A DNA stretch of 64,000 nt from Gammaproteobacteria bacterium (GTDB lineage: Bacteria; Pseudomonadota; Gammaproteobacteria; Eutrophobiales; Eutrophobiaceae). Where the stretch lies: positions 2,267 through 66,266 of the forward strand of contig CBDCTH010000010.1 of assembly GCA_965222155.1 (NCBI GenBank), written 5' to 3'. The stretch's first letter is position 1. Each line of letters begins with the position of its first letter. This document shows, piece after piece, positions 21,142 through 31,223 of the stretch. The notes beneath the pieces were generated by a model. It was given only the letters and a program-made list of their open reading frames with translations, did no database searches and was not told the DNA's origin. The translations under genes were made by a program, and so were the position numbers.

Positions 21142-21477
21142 ATGAAGAATAATACTCAATCTATTGCAGTTAAAAAGGCATTGGCGCGGCTGGGACGAGA
21201 CCTCAATATTGCTCGTCGCAAACGCCGCATGTCGCTGGCCGACTTCGCATCCCGGATGCGCATGTCGCAAGGCACGGTTATCCGGTTGGAAAAAGGAGAG
21301 CCCGGTGTCTCGCTTCAGGCGCTGGCCATGGCCTTGCTGGCGCTGGGTGAAATCAGGCGGCTGCATGACTTGCTGGATATTGCAACGGATGATACCGGGC
21401 TTCTGTTTGATATGGAATCGCTGCCCAAGCGGATTCGTCATACCAGGGGTACAGCCGGCTCAGGCGCAGCGGGGTAA
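21142..21477 (+). CDS. hipB: HipB-like XRE-family antitoxin
   Basis: 111 aa with the HTH LARLGRDLNIARRKRRMSLADFASRMRMSQGTVIRLEKG. It lies immediately upstream of hipA. Confidence 0.75.
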   Translation: MKNNTQSIAVKKALARLGRDLNIARRKRRMSLADFASRMRMSQGTVIRLEKGEPGVSLQALAMALLALGEIRRLHDLLDIATDDTGLLFDMESLPKRIRHTRGTAGSGAAG

Positions 21478-21481
21478 CATC

Positions 21482-22744
21482 GTGAGCAAGCGGAGGGTTC
21501 GTACCGAAGTCGTCCTGGGCAGTGATGCCGTCAAGGTGGGTGATCTGGTTTTTGAAAAGGATGGAGACCGCCAGTTCAGCATGTTCCGCTATGCGCTTGC
21601 ATGGCTGGAACGGCAGGATGCCTTTGCCATCTCCCCTGCCATGCCGTTAATCGATGCCCCCTTTTTCAGCACAGGTGTCAGGGACAAGCCGGGGCTGGCT
21701 TTGCCCGACCCGGTTGCCGATGCGTCCCCCGATGCCTGGGGGCGGACACTGATTAATGCGACACTGGGCCGGCGCGCGGATGAGATCGATTACCTCATCA
21801 TGACGGCTGACCTGACCCGGCAGGGCGCATTACGCTTTCGTGATGAAGACGGTGTCTTCCTGTCAGACAAAACACCGGCGCTGCCGCGTCTTGTCGATCT
21901 GCCGGAACTGCGCCGATTGGCGCATGCCTGGGAGACGAACTCGCCACTCGAAAAAGAAGTCATCGCCCGATTACAGGGCTACGTCAGCTCGCTGGGCGGG
22001 GCGCGCCCTAAATCGAATCTGGATGATGACGGGGTACTGTCCATCATCAAGTTCACATCACAGCATGACAAGGCGCCGGTTGAGCGGGCAGAGGTGGCAA
22101 CGTTGCGCCTGGCCGGCAGGGCCGGCATCAATGCGGCCCGCGCCCGTATCGGACTGGATAACACCGACAAGCCGGTCGCCATCATTGCCCGCTTCGACCG
22201 GAACGGCCGACAGCGCATTCCCTACATCTCTGCCAGAACTTTCATGGGACGGGAAGTCCCGGACCCTGTCTACTACACTGATATTGCCGACATGATGGTT
22301 GCCCATTGCGCAGAGCCGGAACAGCAACTGCATGAGTTGTACCGCCGGATCCTGTTTAATATTCTAGTCTCCAATAATGATGATCACCTGCAGAACCACG
22401 GATTTCTTTATGTCGGCCACAACCGCTGGCGCTTGTCGCCTGCCTTTGATATCAATCCGCAACCGCTACGTCACCCGCATCTCAAGACCGGCATCAGTGA
22501 ACTGAGCGGCAATGCGGCCTCCATAGAGGCGGCTGTTGAGGCGGCGCCGTATTTCGGCGTAGCACAGGATACGGCTGTGAAAACGCTAAAGACGATGCTT
22601 GATGTCATCGAAAGGGAATGGCGCGGCCTGTGCAGGGATGCCGGTATGACGGACGGCGATATCAGCTATTACGAACCCGCTTTCACGCATGGCGAGACCC
22701 GGGTAGCCGCACGGATTACCGGTGTGGCAGTTATCCCAGCATGA
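21482..22744 (+). CDS. hipA: HipA-family serine/threonine kinase toxin
   Basis: SLGGARPKSNL, the ILFNILVSNNDDHLQNHGF catalytic motif, and about 420 aa from GTG 21482. The ORF-track start at 21164 is an in-frame extension overlapping hipB. Confidence 0.8.
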   Translation: MSKRRVRTEVVLGSDAVKVGDLVFEKDGDRQFSMFRYALAWLERQDAFAISPAMPLIDAPFFSTGVRDKPGLALPDPVADASPDAWGRTLINATLGRRADEIDYLIMTADLTRQGALRFRDEDGVFLSDKTPALPRLVDLPELRRLAHAWETNSPLEKEVIARLQGYVSSLGGARPKSNLDDDGVLSIIKFTSQHDKAPVERAEVATLRLAGRAGINAARARIGLDNTDKPVAIIARFDRNGRQRIPYISARTFMGREVPDPVYYTDIADMMVAHCAEPEQQLHELYRRILFNILVSNNDDHLQNHGFLYVGHNRWRLSPAFDINPQPLRHPHLKTGISELSGNAASIEAAVEAAPYFGVAQDTAVKTLKTMLDVIEREWRGLCRDAGMTDGDISYYEPAFTHGETRVAARITGVAVIPA

Positions 22745-22904
22745 TTATGATTGGGTAATAATACTCAAGCCGCCTTTTTAGGCCGTGTAGCGATTTTTAG
22801 TTCACGTGCAATCCTGGCCAGCATATTCACCTTGAGCTGATCACGGTGTGGCCAGTGGCTGGCTTTTTCACAACTTGGGGTCGGTTCAACTTGGGGTCGG
22901 GTTC

Positions 22905-23113
22905 AACTTGGGGTCGGACCTGGATAACCTATTAATTCTATTATAATTAAGCACTAAAACAAGGCTATAAATAGGCTTAAAGGGTCAATTTTGGGAGTGA
23001 AATACTCCAGCTAGGGCGCTTACAGCGGTAGCGCCCATAAATGACTCGTTTGTACTTCACGAGCTTATAATTCGGGAGGATATTCGCCGGATCTGGTTAT
23101 CCAACCCCAGGTT
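22905..23113. repeat. MITE-like unit bounded by inverted AACTTGGGGTCGGACCTGGATAACC / GGTTATCCA(-6 bp)ACCCCAGGTT, preceded by three tandem CAACTTGGGGTCGG units
   Basis: Left arm at 22905-22929, right arm at 23095-23113. A full-length right-arm copy lies at 25884-25908. Confidence 0.5.
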
Positions 23114-23114
23114 C

Positions 23115-23982
23115 TTACAGAAATTCACGCAATTCTGCAACAAACTGCTCGAGTTGATCATGGTGTGGCCAGTGACCGGCTTTTTCATACAGGGAAACCT
23201 CTGCGCTGCGAAAATAATCCAGTCTGCCGTCTTCTGCCGGGTTGGATGCCCAGCTGTCCTTGCCGTAGATCAAACGGGTGGGACAGGTAATCGAACCCCA
23301 AAGCTCCTTGACGACCTCCGGCTCCAGGTCAACAGGCGGCATTACGCGCAGACAGTTATCGAATTTCCAGCTGTAAGTGCCGTCCTCGTTCTGGATTATG
23401 CCGTGATTGGTGAGATGACGGGCCTGCTCATCCGTCAAATAACTGTTTGCTGTCTTCATGCGCCGGTAAGCCTCTGCCAACGATTTGTAGCGTTTCGGTT
23501 GTCTTCCCGCCAACTGCCGCCTCTCTATCTATCCAGGTACGCAGCTGCTGCACCATAGGCACGGTTTCCTGTTTCACATGCTTTTCCGGCGGCAGTCCCA
23601 GCCCTTCGATAGCAACGAGCTTGCGTACTGCATCCGGATACAGGCCCGTGTAGCGCAATGAAACAGAACCGCCCAAAGAATGTCCGACAATCGTGACCGG
23701 CTGCAGTTCAAGTTGATGTATCAACTGGGCCAGATCATAGACAAAAGCCGACATCGAATAAGTGCCATCCGGTGACCAGTCACTGTCGCCATGACCCCTG
23801 AGATCGGGCGCAATGACGTGCCAGTCCCGTGCCAGAGCGCGAGCGACCCAGTCCCAGCTTCGGCAATGGTCCCGACTTCCATGTACCAGCAACAGCGGCG
23901 GTGCAGCGGGATTGCCCCAATCGACATAATGCAGGCGCAGGCGCTGGGAAATATATCTATGGGAAGTTGGACCGGTAAGCAT
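23115..23982 (-). pseudogene. Alpha/beta hydrolase, single frameshift
   Basis: ORFs 23428-23982 and 23115-23513 overlap and together give a full-length hydrolase (HGSRDHCRSW, GHSLGG ... GHWPHHDQ). The frames switch near 23505-23515. Confidence 0.75.
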
Positions 23983-24273
23983 AATAAATCCCCGAGGGAA
24001 AGAAGAGTTTCCTATACTGTACGTGTAGTCTGACTGTCGGGAGAAATTTCCATGTTCAGTTTACATGATAAAGGCAATAAATTTGTTTAAGCAGTTCGGA
24101 TAACACGGATTTATCGGGGGGAAGACATGAATTCTTATAGACGATATTTCATGGGATGCTTTTATTCGCGCCGACTGGAATTACGTTGACCCATCACAGA
24201 CACAGTTCAACAGGAATGGCAGCTTTTTCCACAAACAGGACAATAGGCGCATCCATCAGTTGGAGTTTCTGAC

Positions 24274-25063
24274 TTGAAGCGGCAGTTGATCATAGCCATT
24301 TGTTGTTGGCTTTTCCTGTTTGAGCCAGCGCAAAGCCAGGCAGAGGTATTGATAATTCATGCCGGAAGCTTGCTGGCCGTGCCCGGCGAGGGCGTGCAGA
24401 CGGACCAGACTATAATTGTAGAAAATGGCAAAGTCAGCAGGATTGAAGATGGATTTATAAACCCTTCAAATGGCAGGCTGGTTGATCTGTCCTGTTGCTT
24501 TGTTCTGCCCGGACTTATCGATTTACATATGCACCTTACCTCCCGGTTAACACCAGGTGGATCCCTGCGTGTCGTTACGGAAACTTCTGCAGATTTGGCT
24601 TTAAGGGCGGCAGAGTTCGCCCGGCTAAGTCTTGAAGTATGCCTACGAAGTATCAATTGGTGATGACGAAGAGTCATTACGTTCAGGCACGACAGGCTGG
24701 CTGCCTGAGCCGATTCTGAATAGATTATTGTCTATCAAGCAACAACTGTACTCTGCGCAAGAAGCACATAAGCGTGGTTTTACGCTCACGTTCGGTTCGG
24801 ACGTCGGCGTGGTTGAACACGGTGATAATGCCGGTGAATTCCAGGAACTGATTAAGATAGGGATGACACCCATGGCAGCGATTGTGACTGCAACTGTCAA
24901 CGCAGCCGCCGCTCTCGGTATGGAAGACCAGGTTGGCAGTCTGCAGCCAGGCCTGTCTGCCGACTTGATCGCCGTTGCCGCTGACCCTCTGGCTGATATT
25001 AATGAGTTGAAAAAAGTCGTTTTCGTCATGCGGGAAGGTGTGGTTTACAAGGACAGCCTCTAG
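24274..25063 (+). pseudogene. Amidohydrolase-family (imidazolonepropionase/prolidase-like) gene with an internal deletion and frame change
   Basis: The N-terminal ORF has a signal-like segment and VLPGLIDLHMHLT. The second ORF has the C-terminal TFGSDVG...GSLQPGLSADLIAV...VVFVMREGVVYKD. The central region of roughly 150 aa expected for this family is absent. Confidence 0.65.
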
Positions 25064-25232
25064 ATAAAAGTTGCCGCGCCGGCTGTGGTCATAATGATGC
25101 CTGGCCGGCGAATATCCTCCCGAATAGTGATCTCGTAAAATTCAAGGGATTTAGGTTTGATACAAGCGGATTGACAGGGTCATTTCCATAACCCATGCTA
25201 TGGCCTATGACAAGATGATGAAGGAGAAGTAA

Positions 25233-25472
25233 ATGTTACCTGAACGATGTGTGAGTTTATTCCGTAACGGCCGTAACCAGGCCTTGCGCATACCCCGGGA
25301 GTTTGAGTTGGCGGCCGAGAAAGCTATTATCCGCAAGGAAGGTGACAAACTCATCATAGAGCCTGTCAGGACGGGTGGTTTGCTCGCCTTGCTGGCTACC
25401 CTGGAGGATATCGAGACAACCTTTCCAGATATGGATGAAGCATTGCTGCCTCCCGATAACGTGGAATTTTAA
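25233..25472 (+). CDS. vapB: VapB-type antitoxin (AbrB/SpoVT fold)
   Basis: 79 aa. SLFRNGRNQALRIPREFEL...IIRKEGDKLIIEP. Preceded by AAGGAG and followed directly by vapC. Confidence 0.8.
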   Translation: MLPERCVSLFRNGRNQALRIPREFELAAEKAIIRKEGDKLIIEPVRTGGLLALLATLEDIETTFPDMDEALLPPDNVEF

Positions 25473-25474
25473 TC

Positions 25475-25879
25475 TTGCAGCCAGCTTATCTTCTGGACAC
25501 CAACGTGGTATCGGATTTGATACGTCGCCCACATGGCGTCATCACAAAGAGAATTTCGCTTGAAGGTGAAGACAACGTCTGCACCAGTCTCATTGTGGCA
25601 TCCGAGTTACGTTTCGGCGCCCATAAGCGTAGTTCCAAACAGTTGACCCGGCAGCTTGATCTGGTCCTCTCGACAATACAAGTCATGCCGTTCGAGGCGC
25701 CTGCCGACCGTCTTTACGGAAAGCTTCGAGTTTATCTTGAAGAACGAGGCACGCCCATAGGCCCGAATGATATGCTTATCGCAGCACAAGCCCTTGCGCT
25801 GGACTGCACTATAGTCACGAGAAATGTACGGGAGTTTTCTCGTGTGCCCGAATTAAAAGTCGATGATTGGCAAAATTGA
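25475..25879 (+). CDS. vapC: VapC PIN-domain ribonuclease toxin
   Basis: 134 aa. YLLDTNVVSDLIR..., SELRFGA, NDMLIAAQALALDCTIVTRNVREF. Confidence 0.85.
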   Translation: MQPAYLLDTNVVSDLIRRPHGVITKRISLEGEDNVCTSLIVASELRFGAHKRSSKQLTRQLDLVLSTIQVMPFEAPADRLYGKLRVYLEERGTPIGPNDMLIAAQALALDCTIVTRNVREFSRVPELKVDDWQN

Positions 25880-26071
25880 GAAGGGTTATCCAGGTCCGAC
25901 CCCAGGTTCTTACAGAAATTCACGCAATTCTGCAACAAACTGCTCGAACTGATGACCCTCTCCCCACAAACTGGCCCATCTAGAGGTCAGGAATTTCCCT
26001 TAAAATGAGGCTGCAGTATTCAGCCGTCTGAATACCCAACTAAAGGAAAAGACTACTTGCAGGTCAGGAAT

Positions 26072-26147
<76 letters not shown>

Positions 26148-26209
26148 ATTGACCAATATATTCTGTGCTATCCTGGAGATAACTTCAATATCTTTAAGGA
26201 ACACCCAAA

Positions 26210-27151
26210 TTGACCACCGGATTCATCTTTAACGAGGCATTCATGTCACACCATACCAGCGACGGGCATCCGGAATGTGCGGAACGGCTCAGCGTCACGA
26301 TGGAGCACCTGAGTGCCCTGCCCTTGTACGACGAACTGAAACATTATGAACCCCTGCCGGTCGAGCAGAAACTCATAGAGGCCAATCATTCCTCCGCTTA
26401 CCTGACCCGAGCCCGGCAGACCTGCGCCGGCGGGCGCTCTTTTCTTGACAGCTTGGACGTCTCCGTCAGCGAAGAATCCTATGACGTAGCCCTGAAGGCG
26501 GCAGGGGCGACCGTTGCGCTTGCGGAGGGTGTAATTAACCGGGAAATAGACAACGGTTTTGCCCTCGTTCGCCCACCCGGCCACCATGCCGAGTATGACC
26601 AGGCCATGGGGTTTTGCATCCTGAATAACGTGGCCATACTGGCACGCTACCTGCAAGCCGTACACGGCCTGGATAAGGTGTTGGTCATCGACTGGGACGT
26701 ACACCACGGCAACGGCACGCAGCATACTTTTGAGGAAGACCCGTCAGTGCTGTTCGCCAGCACCCACCAGTATCCCTTTTACCCCGGCACCGGCGCCTGG
26801 TCGGAGACCGGTATCGGCAAAGGCCGGGGCGCCACCCTGAACTGCCCCATGCCTGCCGGGAGCGACGATAAAGACTATGAAACAGCCTTCATGGAAAAAA
26901 TCCTGCCCGCGATCGATCAATTCAAACCGGAATTCATCATCATCTCCGCCGGGTTCGATGCCCATCGGGACGACCCCCTGGGAGAGATCAACCTCAGCAC
27001 CGGGTCTTACGGATGGATGACGGCCAGGGTCATGGAAATGGCGGACAAACACGCCGGAGGACGCATTGTCTCAGTGCTGGAAGGCGGCTATAACCTCACG
27101 ATGCTGCCGCTGTGTATCGAGGAGCACTTGAAGGCGCTTTCCAGCGTATAA
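26210..27151 (+). CDS. Histone deacetylase-family (acetoin utilization/acetylpolyamine amidohydrolase-like) protein
   Basis: HPECAERL, RPPGHHA, GFCILNNVA, DWDVHHGNGTQ and SAGFDAHRDDPLG motifs. Confidence 0.85.
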   Translation: MTTGFIFNEAFMSHHTSDGHPECAERLSVTMEHLSALPLYDELKHYEPLPVEQKLIEANHSSAYLTRARQTCAGGRSFLDSLDVSVSEESYDVALKAAGATVALAEGVINREIDNGFALVRPPGHHAEYDQAMGFCILNNVAILARYLQAVHGLDKVLVIDWDVHHGNGTQHTFEEDPSVLFASTHQYPFYPGTGAWSETGIGKGRGATLNCPMPAGSDDKDYETAFMEKILPAIDQFKPEFIIISAGFDAHRDDPLGEINLSTGSYGWMTARVMEMADKHAGGRIVSVLEGGYNLTMLPLCIEEHLKALSSV

Positions 27152-27160
27152 AGCACAGGG

Positions 27161-27245
27161 ATATTTGGGGTCAGAGTAAAAATACCAGACAATAATCCGA
27201 CTCTACCCGCCAACCTGACTCTATTTTTACTCTGACCCCAAATAT
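27161..27245. repeat. 24-bp perfect inverted repeat ATATTTGGGGTCAGAGTAAAAATA / TATTTTTACTCTGACCCCAAATAT with a 37-nt spacer
   Basis: Arms at 27161-27184 and 27222-27245. A half copy lies at 32198-32228. Confidence 0.85.
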
Positions 27246-27279
27246 CCTGCTTTCGCAGGAATGACGATCTTGGCGTATG

Positions 27280-28317
27280 TCAGTCTCCCGCCTGGGCGTA
27301 GTAACAGGTTCCATTATGGACCTGTTTTGTCAATTTTCCTCGAATATGCAGATACTCAAGGTGCGCCAGGGTCTCACCAAAGGCCATTATGCGGTTGAAT
27401 TCATCCAGTGGGCGGGAGAATAACCTGGGGGACACGTCCCAGGCGCTGGCAGGGGTTTCGCATAGGGCGTGAACCTTTTTCAATTGCCGGTCGTGACTAT
27501 GATTAATCGCAGCAATCCGCTTATACAAACCGGTGAATACCCGGCCGTGTGACGGCAACACCAGCGTGTCTTCAGGCAATTGTTCAAACCGGGTCATGGA
27601 CACAAGATATTCACCCAGGGCGTCTTTATCTTCGTTGTTGATGTGCAGGCCGATGTTACTGGTAATGGTCGGCAGTATCTGGTCGCCGGATATCAACAGT
27701 TTCAGTGCCGGACAAAACAGCGACAGGTGATCTTCCGCATGGCCGCACACTACCAGGGGCTGCCATTCGTAATCACCTATGGTGATGGGCTTTTCGTGAT
27801 CAAGAAAAGTGATAGCTTCCGGCAGCTTACTCACTGCCGTTCGATAGTATTGCCCGATAATAAACGATAAATACTGGTCTTGATTCTCGATACCGTGTAA
27901 CAGGCAAAATGCCTGAACGGTCTCTCTCCAGTCATCAGCCTCGCTGTCGAGCAGGAACCGGGTACTCTCCGCCGTCACCCGGGTCATGGCCAGCTCAGCC
28001 TTGAATTTATCACCCAGGTAACCGGCTAGGCCGACGTGGTCGGGGTGAAAGTGGGTGACGATGATCCTGCCGACAGGTTTGTCCCGCAGCAGTTCGTCCG
28101 CTATCCTGTCCCATGCCTCCCGCGCATCCTCCCAGGCGATACCCGTATCCACCAGGGTCCAGCTGTCACCGGCGTCCAGTAACCACAGGTTGATGTGATC
28201 GAGTCTTCCCGGCAAGGGAATCCGCAACCAGTATATCCCCGTCCGGATTTCCAGGTGGCCACCCGGATCGGGTACGGCCTCAAAGGGGTAATAAAGTGAA
28301 AAATCAGTTTCGCTCAT
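27280..28317 (-). CDS. MBL-fold metallo-hydrolase
   Basis: 345 aa with the IIVTHFHPDHVGLAGYL (HxHxDH) motif. Confidence 0.8.
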   Translation of the reverse strand: MSETDFSLYYPFEAVPDPGGHLEIRTGIYWLRIPLPGRLDHINLWLLDAGDSWTLVDTGIAWEDAREAWDRIADELLRDKPVGRIIVTHFHPDHVGLAGYLGDKFKAELAMTRVTAESTRFLLDSEADDWRETVQAFCLLHGIENQDQYLSFIIGQYYRTAVSKLPEAITFLDHEKPITIGDYEWQPLVVCGHAEDHLSLFCPALKLLISGDQILPTITSNIGLHINNEDKDALGEYLVSMTRFEQLPEDTLVLPSHGRVFTGLYKRIAAINHSHDRQLKKVHALCETPASAWDVSPRLFSRPLDEFNRIMAFGETLAHLEYLHIRGKLTKQVHNGTCYYAQAGD

Positions 28318-28509
28318 GGGAAAAATGAGGACAGTATATCATCCGCAGACTTGAAGGGGACGGAATTTAATTCCGTCCCCGGTCAGCGCTGGTATGATTC
28401 TCCTGTTCGTCATGCCGGGCTTGACCCGGCATCCAGTAAATTACACACCCGGAAGGGACACCTTATAAAGTATCAAAAGCAACTATTTATTCACTGGATT
28501 CCTGCTTCC

Positions 28510-28657
28510 GCAGGAATGACGAACGTGGAGTGCAGGAATGACGAATGTGGGGCGCAGAAATTACTAACTTGGAGTGCAGGAATGATGAAAGTGGGGCGCA
28601 GGAATGACGAACGTTGGGTGCAGGAATGACGAACGTGGGGCGCAGGAATGACGGCAG
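28510..28657. repeat. Tandem array, about 6.5 copies of a 22-bp unit GCAGGAATGACGAACGTGGGGC
   Basis: Units start at 28510, 28532, 28554, 28576, 28598, 28620 and 28642. They are contiguous, with no unique spacers. Confidence 0.9.
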
Positions 28658-28659
28658 GG

Positions 28660-29400
28660 TTAGAATTCGATCTCAATCTGCCAGTGCGGAGTATATGCGG
28701 CGCTGCTTTCGGTCAGGCCGATTAACCAGATCAGATTCAGTTCCAGCGTAATGTCACCCAGCTTGATGTCACGATAAAAAGCCGGCCCCAACCTGTGTTC
28801 CTGCTCGGATAACGCCGGCAAATACTTGATTTCACCCGGCACGCCGAAGGCTTCAAAACCGATGGCCGTGGTTTCATTCAGGCTGTACTTGGTGCGCCAG
28901 ATATACTCGAGTTCGGTACTCTCATCCGCGGCGCTGCCGAACTGCTGTTCAACATTCAGGTTCAGGATATGCTCAAAAGCGCCGGAGACCCGGCGGAACA
29001 GGAAGCGTCCTTCAAGATTATGCGGCTCATCGCTCTCATCGTTCACCTCGATTTCCATATGGAAGCCGAAATCCAGCCAATACCTGCCTTCCTCGGTAAG
29101 CTGGAACGTATTTTCCCAGCCCAGGATGTCATACTTGAGCGCTTCCCCGGCCGGTTCAATCAGGCTTGCCGTGATGGAAGTCGCCCAAAAATCTTTCACT
29201 CCGTATTCGATCTCGAACTCTTGGTGCTTGAAGCCGTGGTGTTCACCAGCGTCATCAATGACTACGTTGCCGATAACCTCAAATTGCAGGTCTCCCTTTT
29301 CAATAATGGGTGAGTAGACTTTTATATCCGTCAGGTCTGCCGACACGCAGGCAGGGAAGGCCGCCGAAACGATAGCAAGCAGACGCAACAGAAACCTCAT
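28660..29400 (-). CDS. Putative outer-membrane beta-barrel protein (function unknown)
   Basis: Signal peptide MRFLLRLLAIVSAAFPACVSA, alternating amphipathic pattern, C-terminal ...HWQIEIEF (terminal Phe). Confidence 0.5.
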   Translation of the reverse strand: MRFLLRLLAIVSAAFPACVSADLTDIKVYSPIIEKGDLQFEVIGNVVIDDAGEHHGFKHQEFEIEYGVKDFWATSITASLIEPAGEALKYDILGWENTFQLTEEGRYWLDFGFHMEIEVNDESDEPHNLEGRFLFRRVSGAFEHILNLNVEQQFGSAADESTELEYIWRTKYSLNETTAIGFEAFGVPGEIKYLPALSEQEHRLGPAFYRDIKLGDITLELNLIWLIGLTESSAAYTPHWQIEIEF

Positions 29401-29604
29401 AGAGACACACACATTGTTTTAGCCTTTCGAATAATCCATTGAAAACCCTGAGGATTCAATAAGGAGGCACGCAGAAAACAACCCCTTTATATCCTGTACA
29501 CCCATGTGGATCCGAAAACGGCTCACACGGGTAAATTGAAATCAAATAGTGAAATTTGGGTGAGTATAACGGGAATTATTCCTGAAAAACAGGGGGAAAC
29601 AGGA

Positions 29605-29726
29605 GTGACAGCTGCTCCCGCTAACCTCCGGGATCGAGGGCATCTTGCCCTCGTGGAGGGCGAAACGCCCTCGCTCCCAGGGGAAAATGCCCGTGACTCC
29701 TGGGGGACAGATTTAAATCTGTCCCC
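29605..29726. repeat. REP-like element (GCTCCCGCTAACCTCCGGGATCGAGGGCATCTTGCCCTCGTGGAGGGCGAAACGCCCTCGCTCCCAGGGG) plus a GGGGAC hairpin
   Basis: An inverted copy lies at about 44782-44925. Partial copies lie at about 32055-32085 and about 44650-44750. Confidence 0.8.
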
Positions 29727-29857
29727 TCTGTCTTCGAATCCGGCAAGAATCACTGTATTGACTTCGAGTCAGCGGGAACACCTGCTGGAGTGAACCATTC
29801 GAGAGTAGCAAAAAGCCTCTGCTGGCAGACTGACATTATTTGCAGTATTATTTTCCT

Positions 29858-30106
29858 ATGGGAAGGCTGGAAAAGTCATTAAGGAAGATGAAGAACAATC
29901 CTCGTGATTGGCGGATTGATGATCTCGAAGCTATTGCTGAAAGACTGGATATGAGGATATATAGAGGGGCAGGCAGTCATGTAATATTCAGACATGACAG
30001 ATCGTCCGAAGCATTGTCCATTCCTGTGAACCGGCCTGTTAAACCGGTATATATTCGGCAATTTTTAAGTATGGTTAATGAGATAAACAGGAACGATAAT
30101 GAATAA
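29858..30106 (+). CDS. hicA: HicA-family mRNA interferase toxin
   Basis: DLEAIAERLDMRIYRGAGSHVIFRHDRSSEALSIPVNRPVKPVYIRQFLSMV (YcfA/HicA pattern with GSH). It overlaps the hicB start by 8 nt. Confidence 0.7.
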   Translation: MGRLEKSLRKMKNNPRDWRIDDLEAIAERLDMRIYRGAGSHVIFRHDRSSEALSIPVNRPVKPVYIRQFLSMVNEINRNDNE

Positions 30107-30377
30107 AGTGAAATTTGAAGATTATCCCTTTGAAATCCGACCTTTATCCCAGGAAGAGGGGGGCGGTTACTTGATCACCTTTCCCGACCTGCCGGGTTGT
30201 ATGTCAGATGGTGATACGCCCGACGATGCCCTGGAAAATGGCAAGGATGCGTTTCAATGCTGGGTAGCCGCCGCAGAAATGGAAAATGCGCCAATACCGG
30301 GAACCTCATCCATACATTCACCTGCTAAACCCGCAAAATCTGCTTCCACCCTTGCTGGAGTCAAACAGGTTGCCTGA
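30099..30377 (+). CDS. hicB: HicB-family antitoxin (N-terminal RNase H-like fold only)
   Basis: YPFEIRPLSQEEGGGYLITFPDLPGCMSDGDTPDDALENGKDAFQCWV is the HicB N-domain signature. There is no obvious C-terminal DNA-binding domain. Confidence 0.75.
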   Translation: MNKVKFEDYPFEIRPLSQEEGGGYLITFPDLPGCMSDGDTPDDALENGKDAFQCWVAAAEMENAPIPGTSSIHSPAKPAKSASTLAGVKQVA

Positions 30378-31223
30378 CTAACCGAACCTCGAAGAAAACT
30401 TGAATACGCGGTCATCACACACATCGATACACCTGCCGCAGTTGGTGCAATCACTGTGCAGGATTACTGTCGTGTCATTCTCTTTCTCCGGTTTAAGGGC
30501 CGGCATGATCACATGAGGTTCCGGGCACACCCGGAAACACTTACCACAGTCAGTGCAGGCGGTGCGACTGGCGGCATTCATTCTCACCAGGGATAATTTA
30601 CCTATCAGGCCATAAAACACCCCGACCGGACAAAGATGGCTGCACCAGCCACGGCGTGTCACCAGCAGGTCAAACAGGAATACTGCGAGTACGATAATCC
30701 AGGCCATACCCAGCCCAAAAACCAGGCCTCGTTGCAACATGGTAATCGGATTCACGACTTCCCAGGCAATAGTGCCGGTAATCGCGGAGGTTACCAGCGC
30801 CGTGATCATGATCCAGGTTCGAGTCGATTTTTTTATGGACCAGCTTAAATTAAGCTTCAGCTTGTTCCTCAGCCAATACGCGGCATCCGTAACGACGTTG
30901 ATGGGACACACCCAGGAGCAGTAAACGCGGCCACCGACCAGGAAATAAAACAGAAAGAGCGTGACGGCGCCGATTATTGCCGACTGCCCTATGGCGTGGC
31001 CTGAAGCAATGGACTGCACCAGAATAAACGGATCGGTTAGCACAACCGTATCCAGAAACAGACTGGAGGCCAGGTTGCCTTTTAACCACCAGATACCAAA
31101 CCAGGGGCCGAGTAGAAATAACGATAGTATAGAGAGCTGTATAGTACGGCGTAACAGCAACCACTTGTTTCTTGCCAATGCACTGCGTTCAGCCGCTGCT
31201 GCCGTCACTGCCATGTCTGTCAT
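30378..31223 (-). CDS. napH: NapH/MauN-type membrane-bound ferredoxin (quinol dehydrogenase membrane subunit)
   Basis: 4 TM segments, CSWVCP and CSHLCP motifs, and C-terminal CTDCGKCFRVCP and CTNCGRCIDVC clusters. Confidence 0.75.
   Translation of the reverse strand: MTDMAVTAAAAERSALARNKWLLLRRTIQLSILSLFLLGPWFGIWWLKGNLASSLFLDTVVLTDPFILVQSIASGHAIGQSAIIGAVTLFLFYFLVGGRVYCSWVCPINVVTDAAYWLRNKLKLNLSWSIKKSTRTWIMITALVTSAITGTIAWEVVNPITMLQRGLVFGLGMAWIIVLAVFLFDLLVTRRGWCSHLCPVGVFYGLIGKLSLVRMNAASRTACTDCGKCFRVCPEPHVIMPALKPEKENDTTVILHSDCTNCGRCIDVCDDRVFKFSSRFG

Noticed and set aside
21164-21481. The long N-terminal extension of the hipA ORF (526-aa version).
   Set aside because: The extension overlaps hipB in another frame and has no HipA similarity. 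A GTG at 21482, right after the hipB stop, gives a protein of typical HipA length.
22905-25908. GGGGTCGGACCTGGATAACC inverted repeats as Tn3-family terminal repeats bounding a transposon.
   Set aside because: Similarity between the arms ends after about 25 bp, whereas Tn3-type inverted repeats are about 38 bp. There is no transposase or resolvase inside and no clear target duplication. A nearer partner arm at 23095-23113 suggests a small MITE instead.
28510-28657. Possible CRISPR array (regular 22-bp repeats).
   Set aside because: The units are directly adjacent with no unique spacers. They belong to the ubiquitous GGAATGACG hairpin family, and no cas genes are present.
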